A DNA stretch of 64,000 nt, from NCBI GenBank assembly GCA_041576165.1, contig JBFGLM010000009.1, positions 32,001 through 96,000 on the forward strand, in the 5' to 3' direction. Of the stretch, positions 47,318-57,049 are shown piece by piece. Source of the DNA: Acidimicrobiia bacterium (GTDB lineage: Bacteria > Actinomycetota > Acidimicrobiia > Spongiisociales > Spongiisociaceae). Numbering within the stretch: the first letter of the stretch is position 1; each line of letters starts with the position of its first letter. A program made the position numbers and the translations under genes. A model generated the notes under the pieces. It was not told the DNA's origin. It made no database searches and saw only the letters and a program-made list of their open reading frames with translations.

Positions 47318-48193
47318 CTAACCCTTGACCCCCGACGAGGCGACGCCCTGGACGAACTGTCGCTGGAAGATCAAGAAGATGATGAGGAGCGGCAACGTCA
47401 TCAGGACCGTATAGGCCATGATGTCGCCCCACGACACAGGTGGCGTTGTCTTAAACACCCCGATTCCCACTGGGAGGGGGCGCACGTCGATACCGCGGGT
47501 GACAATCGAGGGCCACAAGAACTGACCCCATGAGAACAGGAAACCCAGGATGGCCACTGTCGCGTAGGCGGGCTTGGCGAGTGGAGCTACCACCTTGGTG
47601 AATACCTCCACCGGGCCGGCCCCGTCGATCATTGCCGCCTCCTCGAGCGACCTGGGGATGCCGAGGAAGAACGTGTAGAACAGGAAGATGAACAACGGAT
47701 TTGCCACAAAGGGCAGGATCTGGATCTGATATGTGTCCAGCCATCCCACCTCGGCTCCCATGAACAGCAGCGGCACTGCCAGCGCCTCGAACGGGATGAT
47801 GATGAGCGCGATCACCACGCCGATGAGGATCTGCCGACCCTTGAAACGAAGCCTGGCAAGGGCGTAGCCGAACAAACTGTTGACGATCAGGCCCAAACCG
47901 ACGATTGCGCCTGAGATCAGTACCGAGTTTGCAAAGACCCTGAACAGGCTGGCTCTCTCGATCGCGTCCTGGAAGTTCTCCAGCCCGACAAATGGGGTCG
48001 GTATGAACGCCGCCAGCGATTGACTCTTGGCGAGCACCTCATCGTCCGGGATCAACGCCGAAGCCGCCATATAGACGAGAGGGAACAGGAAGAAAATCGC
48101 CAGAACGGTCATGACGGCGTAAAGAGCCCATCGCCAGAAAGGATTCGCTCCAACGCTCCGGCTGGGGCCGGTCTCCACGTGCCCGGTGGTCAT
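47318..48193 (-). CDS. carbohydrate ABC transporter permease
   Basis: GYALARLRFKGR, IPRSLEEAAMIDGA (EAA loop), WGQFLWP; ATG 48193 overlaps upstream stop. Confidence 0.92.
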   Translation of the reverse strand: MTTGHVETGPSRSVGANPFWRWALYAVMTVLAIFFLFPLVYMAASALIPDDEVLAKSQSLAAFIPTPFVGLENFQDAIERASLFRVFANSVLISGAIVGLGLIVNSLFGYALARLRFKGRQILIGVVIALIIIPFEALAVPLLFMGAEVGWLDTYQIQILPFVANPLFIFLFYTFFLGIPRSLEEAAMIDGAGPVEVFTKVVAPLAKPAYATVAILGFLFSWGQFLWPSIVTRGIDVRPLPVGIGVFKTTPPVSWGDIMAYTVLMTLPLLIIFLIFQRQFVQGVASSGVKG

Positions 48194-49125
48194 CGCGCCT
48201 CCTCCTCCTTGAGAAACCTCCGCTGGATCAGTGTCAGCACGAGCACGATCACAAAGAAGATGACGGCGATCGATGAGCCGCGACCAATCGATTGACGACC
48301 GAAACCCACATCGACCATGTGCACCATGGTCGTCCTGGTGCTGTCGAGCGGGCCACCCGGTGATCGCGGCATCAGCGTCGGCTGATCGAACAGTCGCATC
48401 GCCAGGATCGTGGTGACGGTGAAGACGAAGATAAGAGCGTTGCGGATGCCGGGGATCGTGACGTTGATGAACTGCTTCCAGGTGTCTGCACCATCGATGG
48501 AAGCTGCCTCGTAGAGCTCCCCGGGCACGTCTTGAAGGGCGGCGAGGATGATGACCATCTGAAATCCGACTCCCTGCCAGATCGAGACGACGATGATCGC
48601 CCACATTGCCCAGGTGGGGTCGTTCAGCCAGTCCGGGGTGAAGTTGCCGAACGTGATGACCTCGAAGAAGCCGTTGACCAGACCGTTGACATTGAACAGG
48701 AGCACCCAGATCGTGGCAGCTGCAGCCATGACAACGGTGATGGGTGTGAAGAACACGGTCCGGAAGAAGACCCGCCCAGTGATCCGCTGGTTGACCATGA
48801 CCGCCAGCAAGAGCGCGAAAGCCGTTTGGAACGGCACCACGAAGGCGGCGAATCGGAAGTTGTTCCACAGCGACTTCCAGAACAGCGGGTCAGACAGTTC
48901 GTCGATGTAGTTCTCCAAACCGATGAACCGCGTTGGTAGGGGCGAGATGAGGCGCTGGTTGGTGAAGGAGAACCAGATCGCCAAGGTGAAGGGTAGGACG
49001 ATGAACAGGAGCAGCAGCACCGCACCGGGGAGTATGAACATCCAAGCCGCGCGGCTCTCGGAGGCCGCCGGCTTGCTCTTGCCCGAGGGCGCGGCCGCCT
49101 CAACCGTTGTTGGAGCCGCCGTCAT
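48190..49125 (-). CDS. carbohydrate ABC transporter permease
   Basis: FIGLENY, WQGVGF, LQDVPGELYEAASIDGA. Confidence 0.92.
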   Translation of the reverse strand: MTAAPTTVEAAAPSGKSKPAASESRAAWMFILPGAVLLLLFIVLPFTLAIWFSFTNQRLISPLPTRFIGLENYIDELSDPLFWKSLWNNFRFAAFVVPFQTAFALLLAVMVNQRITGRVFFRTVFFTPITVVMAAAATIWVLLFNVNGLVNGFFEVITFGNFTPDWLNDPTWAMWAIIVVSIWQGVGFQMVIILAALQDVPGELYEAASIDGADTWKQFINVTIPGIRNALIFVFTVTTILAMRLFDQPTLMPRSPGGPLDSTRTTMVHMVDVGFGRQSIGRGSSIAVIFFVIVLVLTLIQRRFLKEEEAR

Positions 49126-49207
49126 GTCGTCTCACCTTTCTCCCTGAGGTCGTCACGTCATGGTGAGGGAGGGGGGCTTGCGATCGTCCCCTCCCTCACC
49201 GGTCCGC

Positions 49208-50542
49208 TTAGGGGGCCGGGTACCCCTCATTGGCATCGACATCGGCATCAATCGCGGCCGCTGCGTCATCCAGCGCCTGCTGAACATCCGCTCCGAGCAG
49301 GATCTCGTCCATGGCCCCCCAGAATTCGGAGGTGACCGTGGGATAGCCGGGTGTGATGGGCCGCGGTACTGCGATCTCCGGCGCGCCTTCGAGCTGTTGA
49401 ACGAACAGCTCGAGCGGGCCGCCTTCGGCATAGTTGGCCGACTGCGCCAGCGCCGACTTGGTCGATGGGACTGCCCCGTTCACATCGGTGATCTTGAGCA
49501 CCGACTCGTCCGAGATGGCGAACTCGATGAATTCCCATGCCGCGTCGGGGTCGACGTCGGCGCCGGCCGACGTGATCGCCCACGCCCAGGAGCCCATGCC
49601 GGTCTTGGTGCCCTCCCCGAAGTCGGGCAGCGGCATCACAATCAGATCGTCGCCGACCGCTTCTTTGTAGGGGTTGTACATCCAGTGCCCAACCCAGGAA
49701 ATGGGCGCCTGACCCGAAGTGAAGTTGGTGTCATCGGCTGCGTCGGTGTCGATCAGTCCTTCTTCCGCCCAGCTCTGGAACGTAGTGAGCGCCTCCACCA
49801 CTTCCGGCGCGTTCAGTACGCCGTCCGCCTTGAGGGTGTCACGGTCAATCAGATCTCCGCCGGCAGACTGGGTGATTGGGCTGAAGCCGTATGTCATCCA
49901 CTCGCCCTGGGTTCCATACCAGATCTTGATGTCGAGTGGATTCTCGAACCCCGCCGCCTGGAGATCGCGCAGGATCTGCTCGGTCTCCTCAGCCGTCCAG
50001 GCATCGTCCGGCCCGGTTGGGATGCGGGCGCCGACTCCTTCGAGCGCCGACCTCCACGCGTACATGCCCAGGCCCGAGTCGAAGCTCCCCACGCTGTACA
50101 GATCGCCCTGATAGGAACCGCCGGCAACGATGGAAGGCAGCAGGTTGTCCCTTACGTCACCCGAGATGCACTCCTCGAGCGAGACGATGTGTCCGCTCCA
50201 CGCCAGGTTGGCGAGGTTGGGGCCATCGAAGTCCAACAACGCCGGCAAGTCCCCGGCAGCTGCGGCCGCGTTGACCTGATCGGTGTACTGGCCCTCAGGG
50301 ATCAGCGTCAGATTCACGGTGAGGCCCATCTCCGCGCCGACCGTCGCGTTGAAGTCGTCGACCATCTGCCGATAGGCATCTGCCTCGGCACCCTCGTGCG
50401 CCCACGCCTCGATCGTGCTGACTTCGACCTCGCCGTCGCAGGACGCTCCGGCTGCACCGTCGGAACCGCCACACGCGGCGGCGACGAGCGCCACGACGCC
50501 CAGGGTGATCCCCAGTCGCCGTGCTCTTCGCATTCGCTTCAT
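49208..50542 (-). CDS. sugar ABC transporter substrate-binding lipoprotein
   Basis: Lipobox VAAAC; FDGP, GHW, GMGSWAWAI, PRPITPGYP. Confidence 0.9.
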   Translation of the reverse strand: MKRMRRARRLGITLGVVALVAAACGGSDGAAGASCDGEVEVSTIEAWAHEGAEADAYRQMVDDFNATVGAEMGLTVNLTLIPEGQYTDQVNAAAAAGDLPALLDFDGPNLANLAWSGHIVSLEECISGDVRDNLLPSIVAGGSYQGDLYSVGSFDSGLGMYAWRSALEGVGARIPTGPDDAWTAEETEQILRDLQAAGFENPLDIKIWYGTQGEWMTYGFSPITQSAGGDLIDRDTLKADGVLNAPEVVEALTTFQSWAEEGLIDTDAADDTNFTSGQAPISWVGHWMYNPYKEAVGDDLIVMPLPDFGEGTKTGMGSWAWAITSAGADVDPDAAWEFIEFAISDESVLKITDVNGAVPSTKSALAQSANYAEGGPLELFVQQLEGAPEIAVPRPITPGYPTVTSEFWGAMDEILLGADVQQALDDAAAAIDADVDANEGYPAP

Positions 50543-50554
50543 TGCTGTTTCCTC

Positions 50555-51613
50555 CTATTCAGTGGTTGCGGGCTCGTAGATGCCCGGCTCCGTCACAGAC
50601 TCCCGAATGACCAGCGGACAGGGCAGCCGGTGCTGTACGGCCGGCAAATGCTCGCCCTTGATCATTCGTTCCAGATGCTCGACCGCCCAGCGTCCCATCT
50701 CATAGTGCGGTAGCTGGATGGTCGTGAGACCTGGGTCCAGCCACGGAGCGATCGTTTCCAGGTTGTCGAACCCGACGACCGAGAGGTCGCCTGGGATAGC
50801 GAGGCCGAGCCGGCGGGCCGATTGATACGCCCTGAGCGCGGTCAGGTCGTTGAAACAGAACAACGCCGTGGGCCGGTCGGCGCGTGCCAGCAGCTGTTCG
50901 ACCCCGGGCGAGCGACCACCCGGCTCGAGACTGTCGAACACGACGAGCGACTCGTCGAAGGTCAGTCCCGCCGACTCCAGCGTGGCCTGGTACGCCGTGA
51001 ACCGCTCCTCGGCGGCAGGAACCGGATCGGTGTTCTGCACGTACCCGATTCGCTCGTGCCCCATCTCGAGCAAATGCTGAACTGCCGCGGCAGCGCCTCC
51101 CATTTCATCGGGGACGACACTCGGCAGGGAGGAGTCCGGATCACGGGCATCGAGCAACACCACCGGCATCTCGGCCACCATGCTCGGGACCATGACGATC
51201 TGGTGGTGCATTCGGGCGTAGAGGAGCCCGTCGACCCGCCGGTCGAAGACGGCCATGAGCGCCGCATGTTCCATCTCGGCGTCGCCCTCGGTGTCGATGA
51301 GGATGAGGACATGGCCGGCTTTCCAGGCGGCCTCCTGGGCGCCGCGGATCATCGCCCCGGAGAACGGTTTCGTGGCGATCTCGTCGGAGATCAGACCGAT
51401 GGTATGGGTCTTCTGGCTCCGGAAGCTGCGGGCCAGCGCATTGGGCCGGTACTGCAGGCGGGCGGCAGATTCCCGCACACGGGCAATGGTCGACTCGGGG
51501 AAGGCATCGACCTTGCCGTTGAGAATGAGCGAGGCTGTGGCGGGCGACACATTCGCCGCGGCGGCGACGTCCTTGAGCAATGCCTTCTTGCTCGTGTACT
51601 CGCTCACCGTCAC
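50555..51613 (-). CDS. LacI-family regulator
   Basis: LKDVAAAANVSPATASLILN, YRPNALARS, FCFND, DLSVVGFDN, LTTIQLP. Confidence 0.95.
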   Translation of the reverse strand: MTVSEYTSKKALLKDVAAAANVSPATASLILNGKVDAFPESTIARVRESAARLQYRPNALARSFRSQKTHTIGLISDEIATKPFSGAMIRGAQEAAWKAGHVLILIDTEGDAEMEHAALMAVFDRRVDGLLYARMHHQIVMVPSMVAEMPVVLLDARDPDSSLPSVVPDEMGGAAAAVQHLLEMGHERIGYVQNTDPVPAAEERFTAYQATLESAGLTFDESLVVFDSLEPGGRSPGVEQLLARADRPTALFCFNDLTALRAYQSARRLGLAIPGDLSVVGFDNLETIAPWLDPGLTTIQLPHYEMGRWAVEHLERMIKGEHLPAVQHRLPCPLVIRESVTEPGIYEPATTE

Positions 51614-51641
51614 AGCGCTCCCCGTCCCCAGAAACCGTGAC

Positions 51642-51692
51642 TTAACCGATTTATTGAACCGATTTATAGTCGTCGTTGGGCAGCTGTGTCAA
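51642..51692 (-). promoter_or_regulatory. promoter and tandem LacI-type operators
   Basis: Minus-strand TTGACA (51692-51687); quasi-palindromes TTAACCGATTTA 51642-51653 and TGAACCGATTTA 51655-51666 with central CG. Confidence 0.7.
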
Positions 51693-51946
51693 CCGGGGAC
51701 AAGGGCTGCCTAGCTTCGCATTGGGGGATAGACGTTCACAGCACGGCTCGCGAGAGAGCCGAAATCAGTGGGGACTACCAAGCGGTTCCAATCAGCCACT
51801 GGAGTCTCCGGTTGCGCACCGGTCGCCGGGTGGGCGGCGGACCGCAGCACGATCAGCCGGCTATCCAAGACTGAGAGGCCCGTTAGTCGGTGCTCGAAGC
51901 GGTCCCAATCTCCGACGGCTGGGGCTCGGCCAGCTTCGGCCTGCGA

Positions 51947-52780
51947 TCAGCTTGATCGAGCAGTGTTTCGAGCCGTGACCTGTTCGGAGGGAAACGCGCC
52001 TGCTATCCCGCCGTAGAGGCCGAGTGCGATGTCGGCGCCTGACGTCGCCCCGGCTGCGGCGAGCCGTTGACATGCCGCCTCGCACTCACCTGCGTCACCG
52101 GCGATCGCCGCCGTAAAGATCTCGTGGACGGGAGCGATGGCTTGTCCGACGGCCGCACCGCGGAGGTAGGCCAGGCTGATGGTGCTCGTCAGGTGTTGAG
52201 CCTCCCGGCCGATCTCCCAGCTGCCCGGGGCGAGCCGTCCCAAGGCCACCGAGGCCACCAGGAAACCGGCGATCACATCATCGCCCGCGGGCGTAAGCCC
52301 AGGACCGAAACCGAGCAGGCTCCCGCGAGCGTCGAGGTCGAGCGGGTCGGCAGCCCGCGACAGTCGCGACAGGCGTGCCGAATAGGGCGGGGCCATCAGC
52401 GCCGACGCCTGTGCGTGCGGGGCAAGCGCCGTCGTGAGTATGGGACTGGCCGCGGCTACTCGAGCAGGGTGCGGCAGCCGGCCAACCCACGATGCGCCAC
52501 CGGCCAGATCCACACGCCGGCCGTCTAGTTTGATCCGGTCGCCGGTGACCGGCATTTCGCTTCCGGGCTCCGCCTGCAGTTGATCGGCTGTGGTCGTGAC
52601 GTGGATCGGACCCGGTGGAACGTCCCGGCTCGTCAGCACGATCACCTCATCACCGGATTGTGCGTACACGGCCCGCGGGAAAGCTGCGATCACCCGCCAC
52701 GGCCCCATCATCCGTCGCAATGCCGTCATGGCCATGGAACCGATTGTCGTGGCTGTGACCGAGGTATTGGGGAGCATCAC
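51947..52780 (-). CDS. DUF2877 / YlbF (AllH)-like protein
   Basis: LLGFGPGLTPAGDDVIAG, TSTIS, GATSGADIALG; GTGA overlap with DUF1116 gene. Confidence 0.85.
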   Translation of the reverse strand: MMLPNTSVTATTIGSMAMTALRRMMGPWRVIAAFPRAVYAQSGDEVIVLTSRDVPPGPIHVTTTADQLQAEPGSEMPVTGDRIKLDGRRVDLAGGASWVGRLPHPARVAAASPILTTALAPHAQASALMAPPYSARLSRLSRAADPLDLDARGSLLGFGPGLTPAGDDVIAGFLVASVALGRLAPGSWEIGREAQHLTSTISLAYLRGAAVGQAIAPVHEIFTAAIAGDAGECEAACQRLAAAGATSGADIALGLYGGIAGAFPSEQVTARNTARSS

Positions 52781-54204
52781 GCCAGCTTCTCATCGAGCGC
52801 CAGGAGAGCATCCCGGAACACGGACATTGGAGCCACAGCCACGCCGGCCCCCACCTGGCCGCTGCCGTCCGACTTGTGGAGGATGCCCGTGTTGATGGCA
52901 GGGGCGATCTGCAACTCGATCACCTTCCGCACGTCGACCCCGACAGGCGTGCCGGCGTAATCGAGCACCGGCAGTGTGAACCGGGAGCTGCGCCCCAGTG
53001 CGATGTGCGCCATCTCCTCGGTCACAGCCCGGGCGTCGGCCATGGTGCCGCCCACGAATGCTGCCACCGCCGGAGCGCCCGCCGCCGCGGGTCCCCCGAG
53101 TCCGATCAGCTCCAGCACGGCGCTGTCCCCGATGTCGGGAGCGCTCGACTCGGGCCCGTAGCCCGAGTAGTACATCGCATGCTCAACCGGCGGAGCGGAT
53201 GCGGTGAACCAGCCATCACCGGCCCCTGTCACCTGCACGCCGAACGTGGTGCCGTTCCTGGCCATGGTGACAACTGCGCTGGAGTCTGGGACTTCGCTTG
53301 CCCACGCAGTCGTCACCTTGGCGGCGGCCATCGCGATGTTGAGGAAGAACAGGTGGTTACTGCTCCAGTAGCGGGCGAATTCGGACAAGCCGGCATGGGC
53401 GGTCTCGACCAGATCGGCGAACAGACTCCGAAGCAACAGGTTCCCGGTTGCCTGGGTCCGCATGTGGAGGTCGTCGCCCATCTGCACACCCTGGGCGGCC
53501 AGGGCGAAGACGTTGACCGGCTCGGCGGTCCGCAGCGCGGCGGCGAGCAGCGGGCCCCCTACGTCGGCGAGCCACCGCAAGCGATCCACCGCCTCGGGGG
53601 CGTCGACCCCGAACCAGGCGGTCCTGCCCGGGCCCTGGTTGAGCGGCGAGAACGCCCGGCGATCGTCCATGCCGACCACAAACATGGGAGTGGACGGGCC
53701 CATCGCCGACGCCATCGGCACCACCGTGGAGTGATGGTTGGCGGAACCCAGCGTGACGCGGCCTCCGGCCACCAGGCCGGACGCTTCCTCGTGATCTGCG
53801 GCCCAGCCTTCGGCCAATATGGCGGCGAGCACCGACCGGCGCAGAGGATCGCAGAAGTCCGGCCAGTCGAGCGGCGGTCCACAATGCAGGATCGTGCGGT
53901 CCGTCATGTTCGGAACGACTTCGCGAGCGGGCCGCACATCCGTCAACAGCGGCGTCGCAGTATCCAGGCGGCGGAAGACCTCGGCATTTGCCCGGTCGAT
54001 GCGCTCGGCGTGTTGTCCGAACAGCCGGGTCAGCGCGGCGATCGCCGCCTCGTCGCCGGCGGCCGGAATTCGCCAATCCACCGAGACGACTTCGTGGCCC
54101 TGGGCGCGCACAGCCTCGGCGAGGAGGTCGAGACCGACGTTCACCACCCGCACCTCCTGCGGCAGACGGGGCGGTGTCGGCTGGTCGATAAACTCGTCAC
54201 TCAT
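52777..54204 (-). CDS. DUF1116 / YlbE (AllG)/YahG-like protein with N-terminal VNVGL..VDW module
   Basis: ILHCGPP, MGDDLHMR, HLFFLN, MARNGTTFGV, PDIGDSA, PAINTGILH, GQVGAG. Confidence 0.88.
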   Translation of the reverse strand: MSDEFIDQPTPPRLPQEVRVVNVGLDLLAEAVRAQGHEVVSVDWRIPAAGDEAAIAALTRLFGQHAERIDRANAEVFRRLDTATPLLTDVRPAREVVPNMTDRTILHCGPPLDWPDFCDPLRRSVLAAILAEGWAADHEEASGLVAGGRVTLGSANHHSTVVPMASAMGPSTPMFVVGMDDRRAFSPLNQGPGRTAWFGVDAPEAVDRLRWLADVGGPLLAAALRTAEPVNVFALAAQGVQMGDDLHMRTQATGNLLLRSLFADLVETAHAGLSEFARYWSSNHLFFLNIAMAAAKVTTAWASEVPDSSAVVTMARNGTTFGVQVTGAGDGWFTASAPPVEHAMYYSGYGPESSAPDIGDSAVLELIGLGGPAAAGAPAVAAFVGGTMADARAVTEEMAHIALGRSSRFTLPVLDYAGTPVGVDVRKVIELQIAPAINTGILHKSDGSGQVGAGVAVAPMSVFRDALLALDEKLA

Positions 54205-54580
54205 GCGAACGGTTTCCTCCGTGTGGGAGGGTGATTATCGATGCCGCGTGTTCGTGCGGGATTTCGAGCTGGTGGTCGACGAACCCACCGAGGTCGGCGG
54301 CACCAATACCGGACCCCGTCCGACTGAATTGATGTTGTCCGCCGTCGCCTCCTGTTTCGCACTCGCGATTGCCCACGTGGCCCGCAAGCACGACCGGCCG
54401 CTCGATGATCTGCAGGTCACCGCCTCTGGCGAGTACGACGGGCCCCGTTTCAGCAAGGTGTCGGTCATCGCGTCGTCCGCGATCCCCCAGGAGGACCTGC
54501 AATGGCTGGCCGATCGCGCCAGCCGCGTCTGCTACGTCTCGAACTCGTTGGGGTGCGACTTCGCTTATCGGGTCGAGTGA
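54203..54580 (+). CDS. OsmC-family protein, antisense within the cluster
   Basis: VDEPTEVGGTNTGPRPTELMLSAVASC...CYVSNSL; ATG 54203. Confidence 0.85.
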   Translation: MRTVSSVWEGDYRCRVFVRDFELVVDEPTEVGGTNTGPRPTELMLSAVASCFALAIAHVARKHDRPLDDLQVTASGEYDGPRFSKVSVIASSAIPQEDLQWLADRASRVCYVSNSLGCDFAYRVE

Positions 54581-54581
54581 C

Positions 54582-56084
54582 TCAGACAGCACCTGCTACC
54601 GCCTTCGTGCGTTCCACAACGTCATGCTCGGCCTGGTCGAAGAGGTCGATGAACCGGCGGGCCCGTTCTCGGGCTGAGGTTGCCGTCTCGCGCACGTGAC
54701 CCGCCATCCCAACGACTAGATCCGGCTTAGCTCCGCCCTGACCATGCCGGGTCTGGACTATTTTGCGCGGATCGAGCACATCCCGCAGATCGACGTCTCG
54801 GAGGCCGATCGGGGAGCCCAGGATTTCGGCGGCAGCCTCGTCGATCAGCTCGCCCGTCATGTCGACCCCCCGCATTCCGGCGGCGCTCGCCCTCCGCACC
54901 GCGTTGCCAACCACCCGGTAGGCAGTCCGATAGTCGACGCCGGCCTCGAGCATCACTACCTCGGCCAGGTCGGTGGCCTGAGAAAAGCCGCCCTCGAGTT
55001 CGCTGTACAGGCGGGCGCGGTTGACCGATACGGTCGAGACGACCTCGCGCATGAGCTCCGTGACCCGGAGGGCGAGATCCATCGCGCGGGGCACCTCGCC
55101 ATAGGCGTAGATGTAGTTGTCGCTCCGCGCCGAGGGTGTCTTGATCACAGAGAGGAATCCGGCCAACCGCCCGATCAGCACCCCTGATGCGCCCCGCACG
55201 ATCGACAGCGCGTACGGGTTTCGCTTCTGGGGCATCAGCACGCTGGCCCGGGTGTACGGCCCGGCCAGATCGACGTAGTCGAACTCGGGGCTGGCCCAGA
55301 TCTCGAGGTCCTCAGCGAGCTTGCTCTGATTCGAGACCAGGCTGGTAGTCGTCGACAAGACCGAGACCAACACGTCGGTCTGCCACATTGCGTCTCGGGT
55401 GTGTTCGATGATGCCTTCGAACCCGAGTGCATGGGCAAGGACCTGGCGATCGGCCAGCAGCCGCGTGCCGTTGACACAGCCGGCCCCGCCGGGGCTGAGG
55501 TTCACCGACTGGAGCTCCGAGATGAGGCGCTCGATGTCGCGCAGCGCCGGCGGGGCAAATCCCAGCACGTAATGGCCGAACGTCGAGGGCTGGGCATGCT
55601 GTAGATACGTCTGATCCGGCATGTAGGTTTCGGCGTGATCAACCGCCAGATCGGCGAGCGCCAGGGCGAAATCGGCGCCGGCGCGAGCGACGTTCGCGCC
55701 CATCCGGCGCAGCACCACCCGCATGGCCACACGGGCGGCTTCCCGTCTCGGACGTCCGGCGTGGAGCCAGCCGGTTGCGTCTCCGATCTGAGCGGTGAAG
55801 TGCCGTTCCCGGCAGTTGTACGTCTCGCCGTAGGCAGGGTCGTAGGGAAACTCGTCCGCCGGGGTGGCGTGGGCATCGAGCAGTACCCGGGCAAGGTCGC
55901 GGAGAGCCGGCTTGGGCACCAGGTCGCGGGCCGCCAGGTCGAGGATGTGAGCCATGTCGGCCAGGTTGAGGCCGTGATGGAGGAACGGTGCGTCGTCGAT
56001 CTCGGTCGCGAACCCGGCATCGATCAGCGTCTGTGCCGGAGCGAGGGAGGAGGGCCCTGCCAGCCGGTTGGTTACCTCGGTCAC
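54582..56084 (-). CDS. argininosuccinate-lyase-like protein (XcbC-like)
   Basis: LHAGRPRRE, MPDQTYLQHAQPSTFGH, ASVLMPQKRNPY, ATDLAE, YRTAYRVVG; catalytic motifs differ from ArgH. Confidence 0.8.
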   Translation of the reverse strand: MTEVTNRLAGPSSLAPAQTLIDAGFATEIDDAPFLHHGLNLADMAHILDLAARDLVPKPALRDLARVLLDAHATPADEFPYDPAYGETYNCRERHFTAQIGDATGWLHAGRPRREAARVAMRVVLRRMGANVARAGADFALALADLAVDHAETYMPDQTYLQHAQPSTFGHYVLGFAPPALRDIERLISELQSVNLSPGGAGCVNGTRLLADRQVLAHALGFEGIIEHTRDAMWQTDVLVSVLSTTTSLVSNQSKLAEDLEIWASPEFDYVDLAGPYTRASVLMPQKRNPYALSIVRGASGVLIGRLAGFLSVIKTPSARSDNYIYAYGEVPRAMDLALRVTELMREVVSTVSVNRARLYSELEGGFSQATDLAEVVMLEAGVDYRTAYRVVGNAVRRASAAGMRGVDMTGELIDEAAAEILGSPIGLRDVDLRDVLDPRKIVQTRHGQGGAKPDLVVGMAGHVRETATSARERARRFIDLFDQAEHDVVERTKAVAGAV

Positions 56085-57049
56085 ATCGAATCCTTTCGCA
56101 CGACCGCCTCGAGGATGGTCGCAGTGCCACCGGTATGCCAGAAGATGACCGGGCCACGGAGGTCGCCGGCCAGGCCCACCAAGGCGGCGAACGCTTTCGC
56201 CGTGTAGATGGGATCGAGCAGGAGCGACTCAGCGCGCCGGGCGAGGACGGCCGCGGCGACGGCCTTCCCCCACACCTTTCCATACCCGGGACCGCGGGCA
56301 TCGACCACGTCAGGGACGTTCGATGGAGCCGAATTTCCGGCGAGGTCGCTGCACTCTTCGGCAAGCTGGTGGATCCGAGAGATGGCCTCGTCCTGGCTGC
56401 GGCTGACGGAGGCACCGACTAATGGCCAGTCGGCTCCAACGGCGGAAAAGCCCGAGACGATCCCGGCCAGCGTGCCTCCGGACCCCACCGGAACCATTAT
56501 CGCGGCGGGTTCAATGGCGGCTGTCCGGAGCTGGTCCGCCAGCTCGGTTGCGGCCCGGTGATAGCCCAGTGCCCCAACTGCGGTAGCTCCGCCGCGGGGA
56601 ATGATGTACGGCGTGCCCCCGGCCGCTGCGATCTCGCTCGCCCGCGTACGCGCCAGCTCATCGACCGTTGACCGGTCCGGGTTGCCGGTGAAGTGAGCCA
56701 CCGCCCCGCTCTCCTCCGCCAGTCGGAGGTTCACAGGGGGTGCGTCGGGTCGGCTCCCGTAGAGGATCAGCTCGCAGTCGAGCCCGAGCACTTCGGCGGC
56801 TGCAGCTGTGGTCTGGCACAGATTGGAGCGGGGTCCGCCGCACACGAGGATGGACGTCGCGTCAATCTCGCAGGCATCCGCCAGCAGAAACTCGAGCTTG
56901 CGGACCTTGTTCCCGCCCAGGCTGAAACCGGTCAGGTCGTCGCGCTTGATGTGAAGCGCCACGAGCCCGAGCCGCTCTGCGAGCCTGGGTGCGGGGTGCA
57001 GCGGCGTCGGATAGAGGCCGAGAGAAAGCGGCTCGACGTGCCCATTCAT
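56081..57049 (-). CDS. PLP-dependent D-cysteine desulfhydrase/ACC deaminase family enzyme (XcbE-like)
   Basis: KRDDLTGFSLGGNKVRKLEFL, SNLC, VGSGGTLAG, LDPIYTAKA, FWHTGG; ATGA overlap. Confidence 0.88.
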   Translation of the reverse strand: MNGHVEPLSLGLYPTPLHPAPRLAERLGLVALHIKRDDLTGFSLGGNKVRKLEFLLADACEIDATSILVCGGPRSNLCQTTAAAAEVLGLDCELILYGSRPDAPPVNLRLAEESGAVAHFTGNPDRSTVDELARTRASEIAAAGGTPYIIPRGGATAVGALGYHRAATELADQLRTAAIEPAAIMVPVGSGGTLAGIVSGFSAVGADWPLVGASVSRSQDEAISRIHQLAEECSDLAGNSAPSNVPDVVDARGPGYGKVWGKAVAAAVLARRAESLLLDPIYTAKAFAALVGLAGDLRGPVIFWHTGGTATILEAVVRKDSM

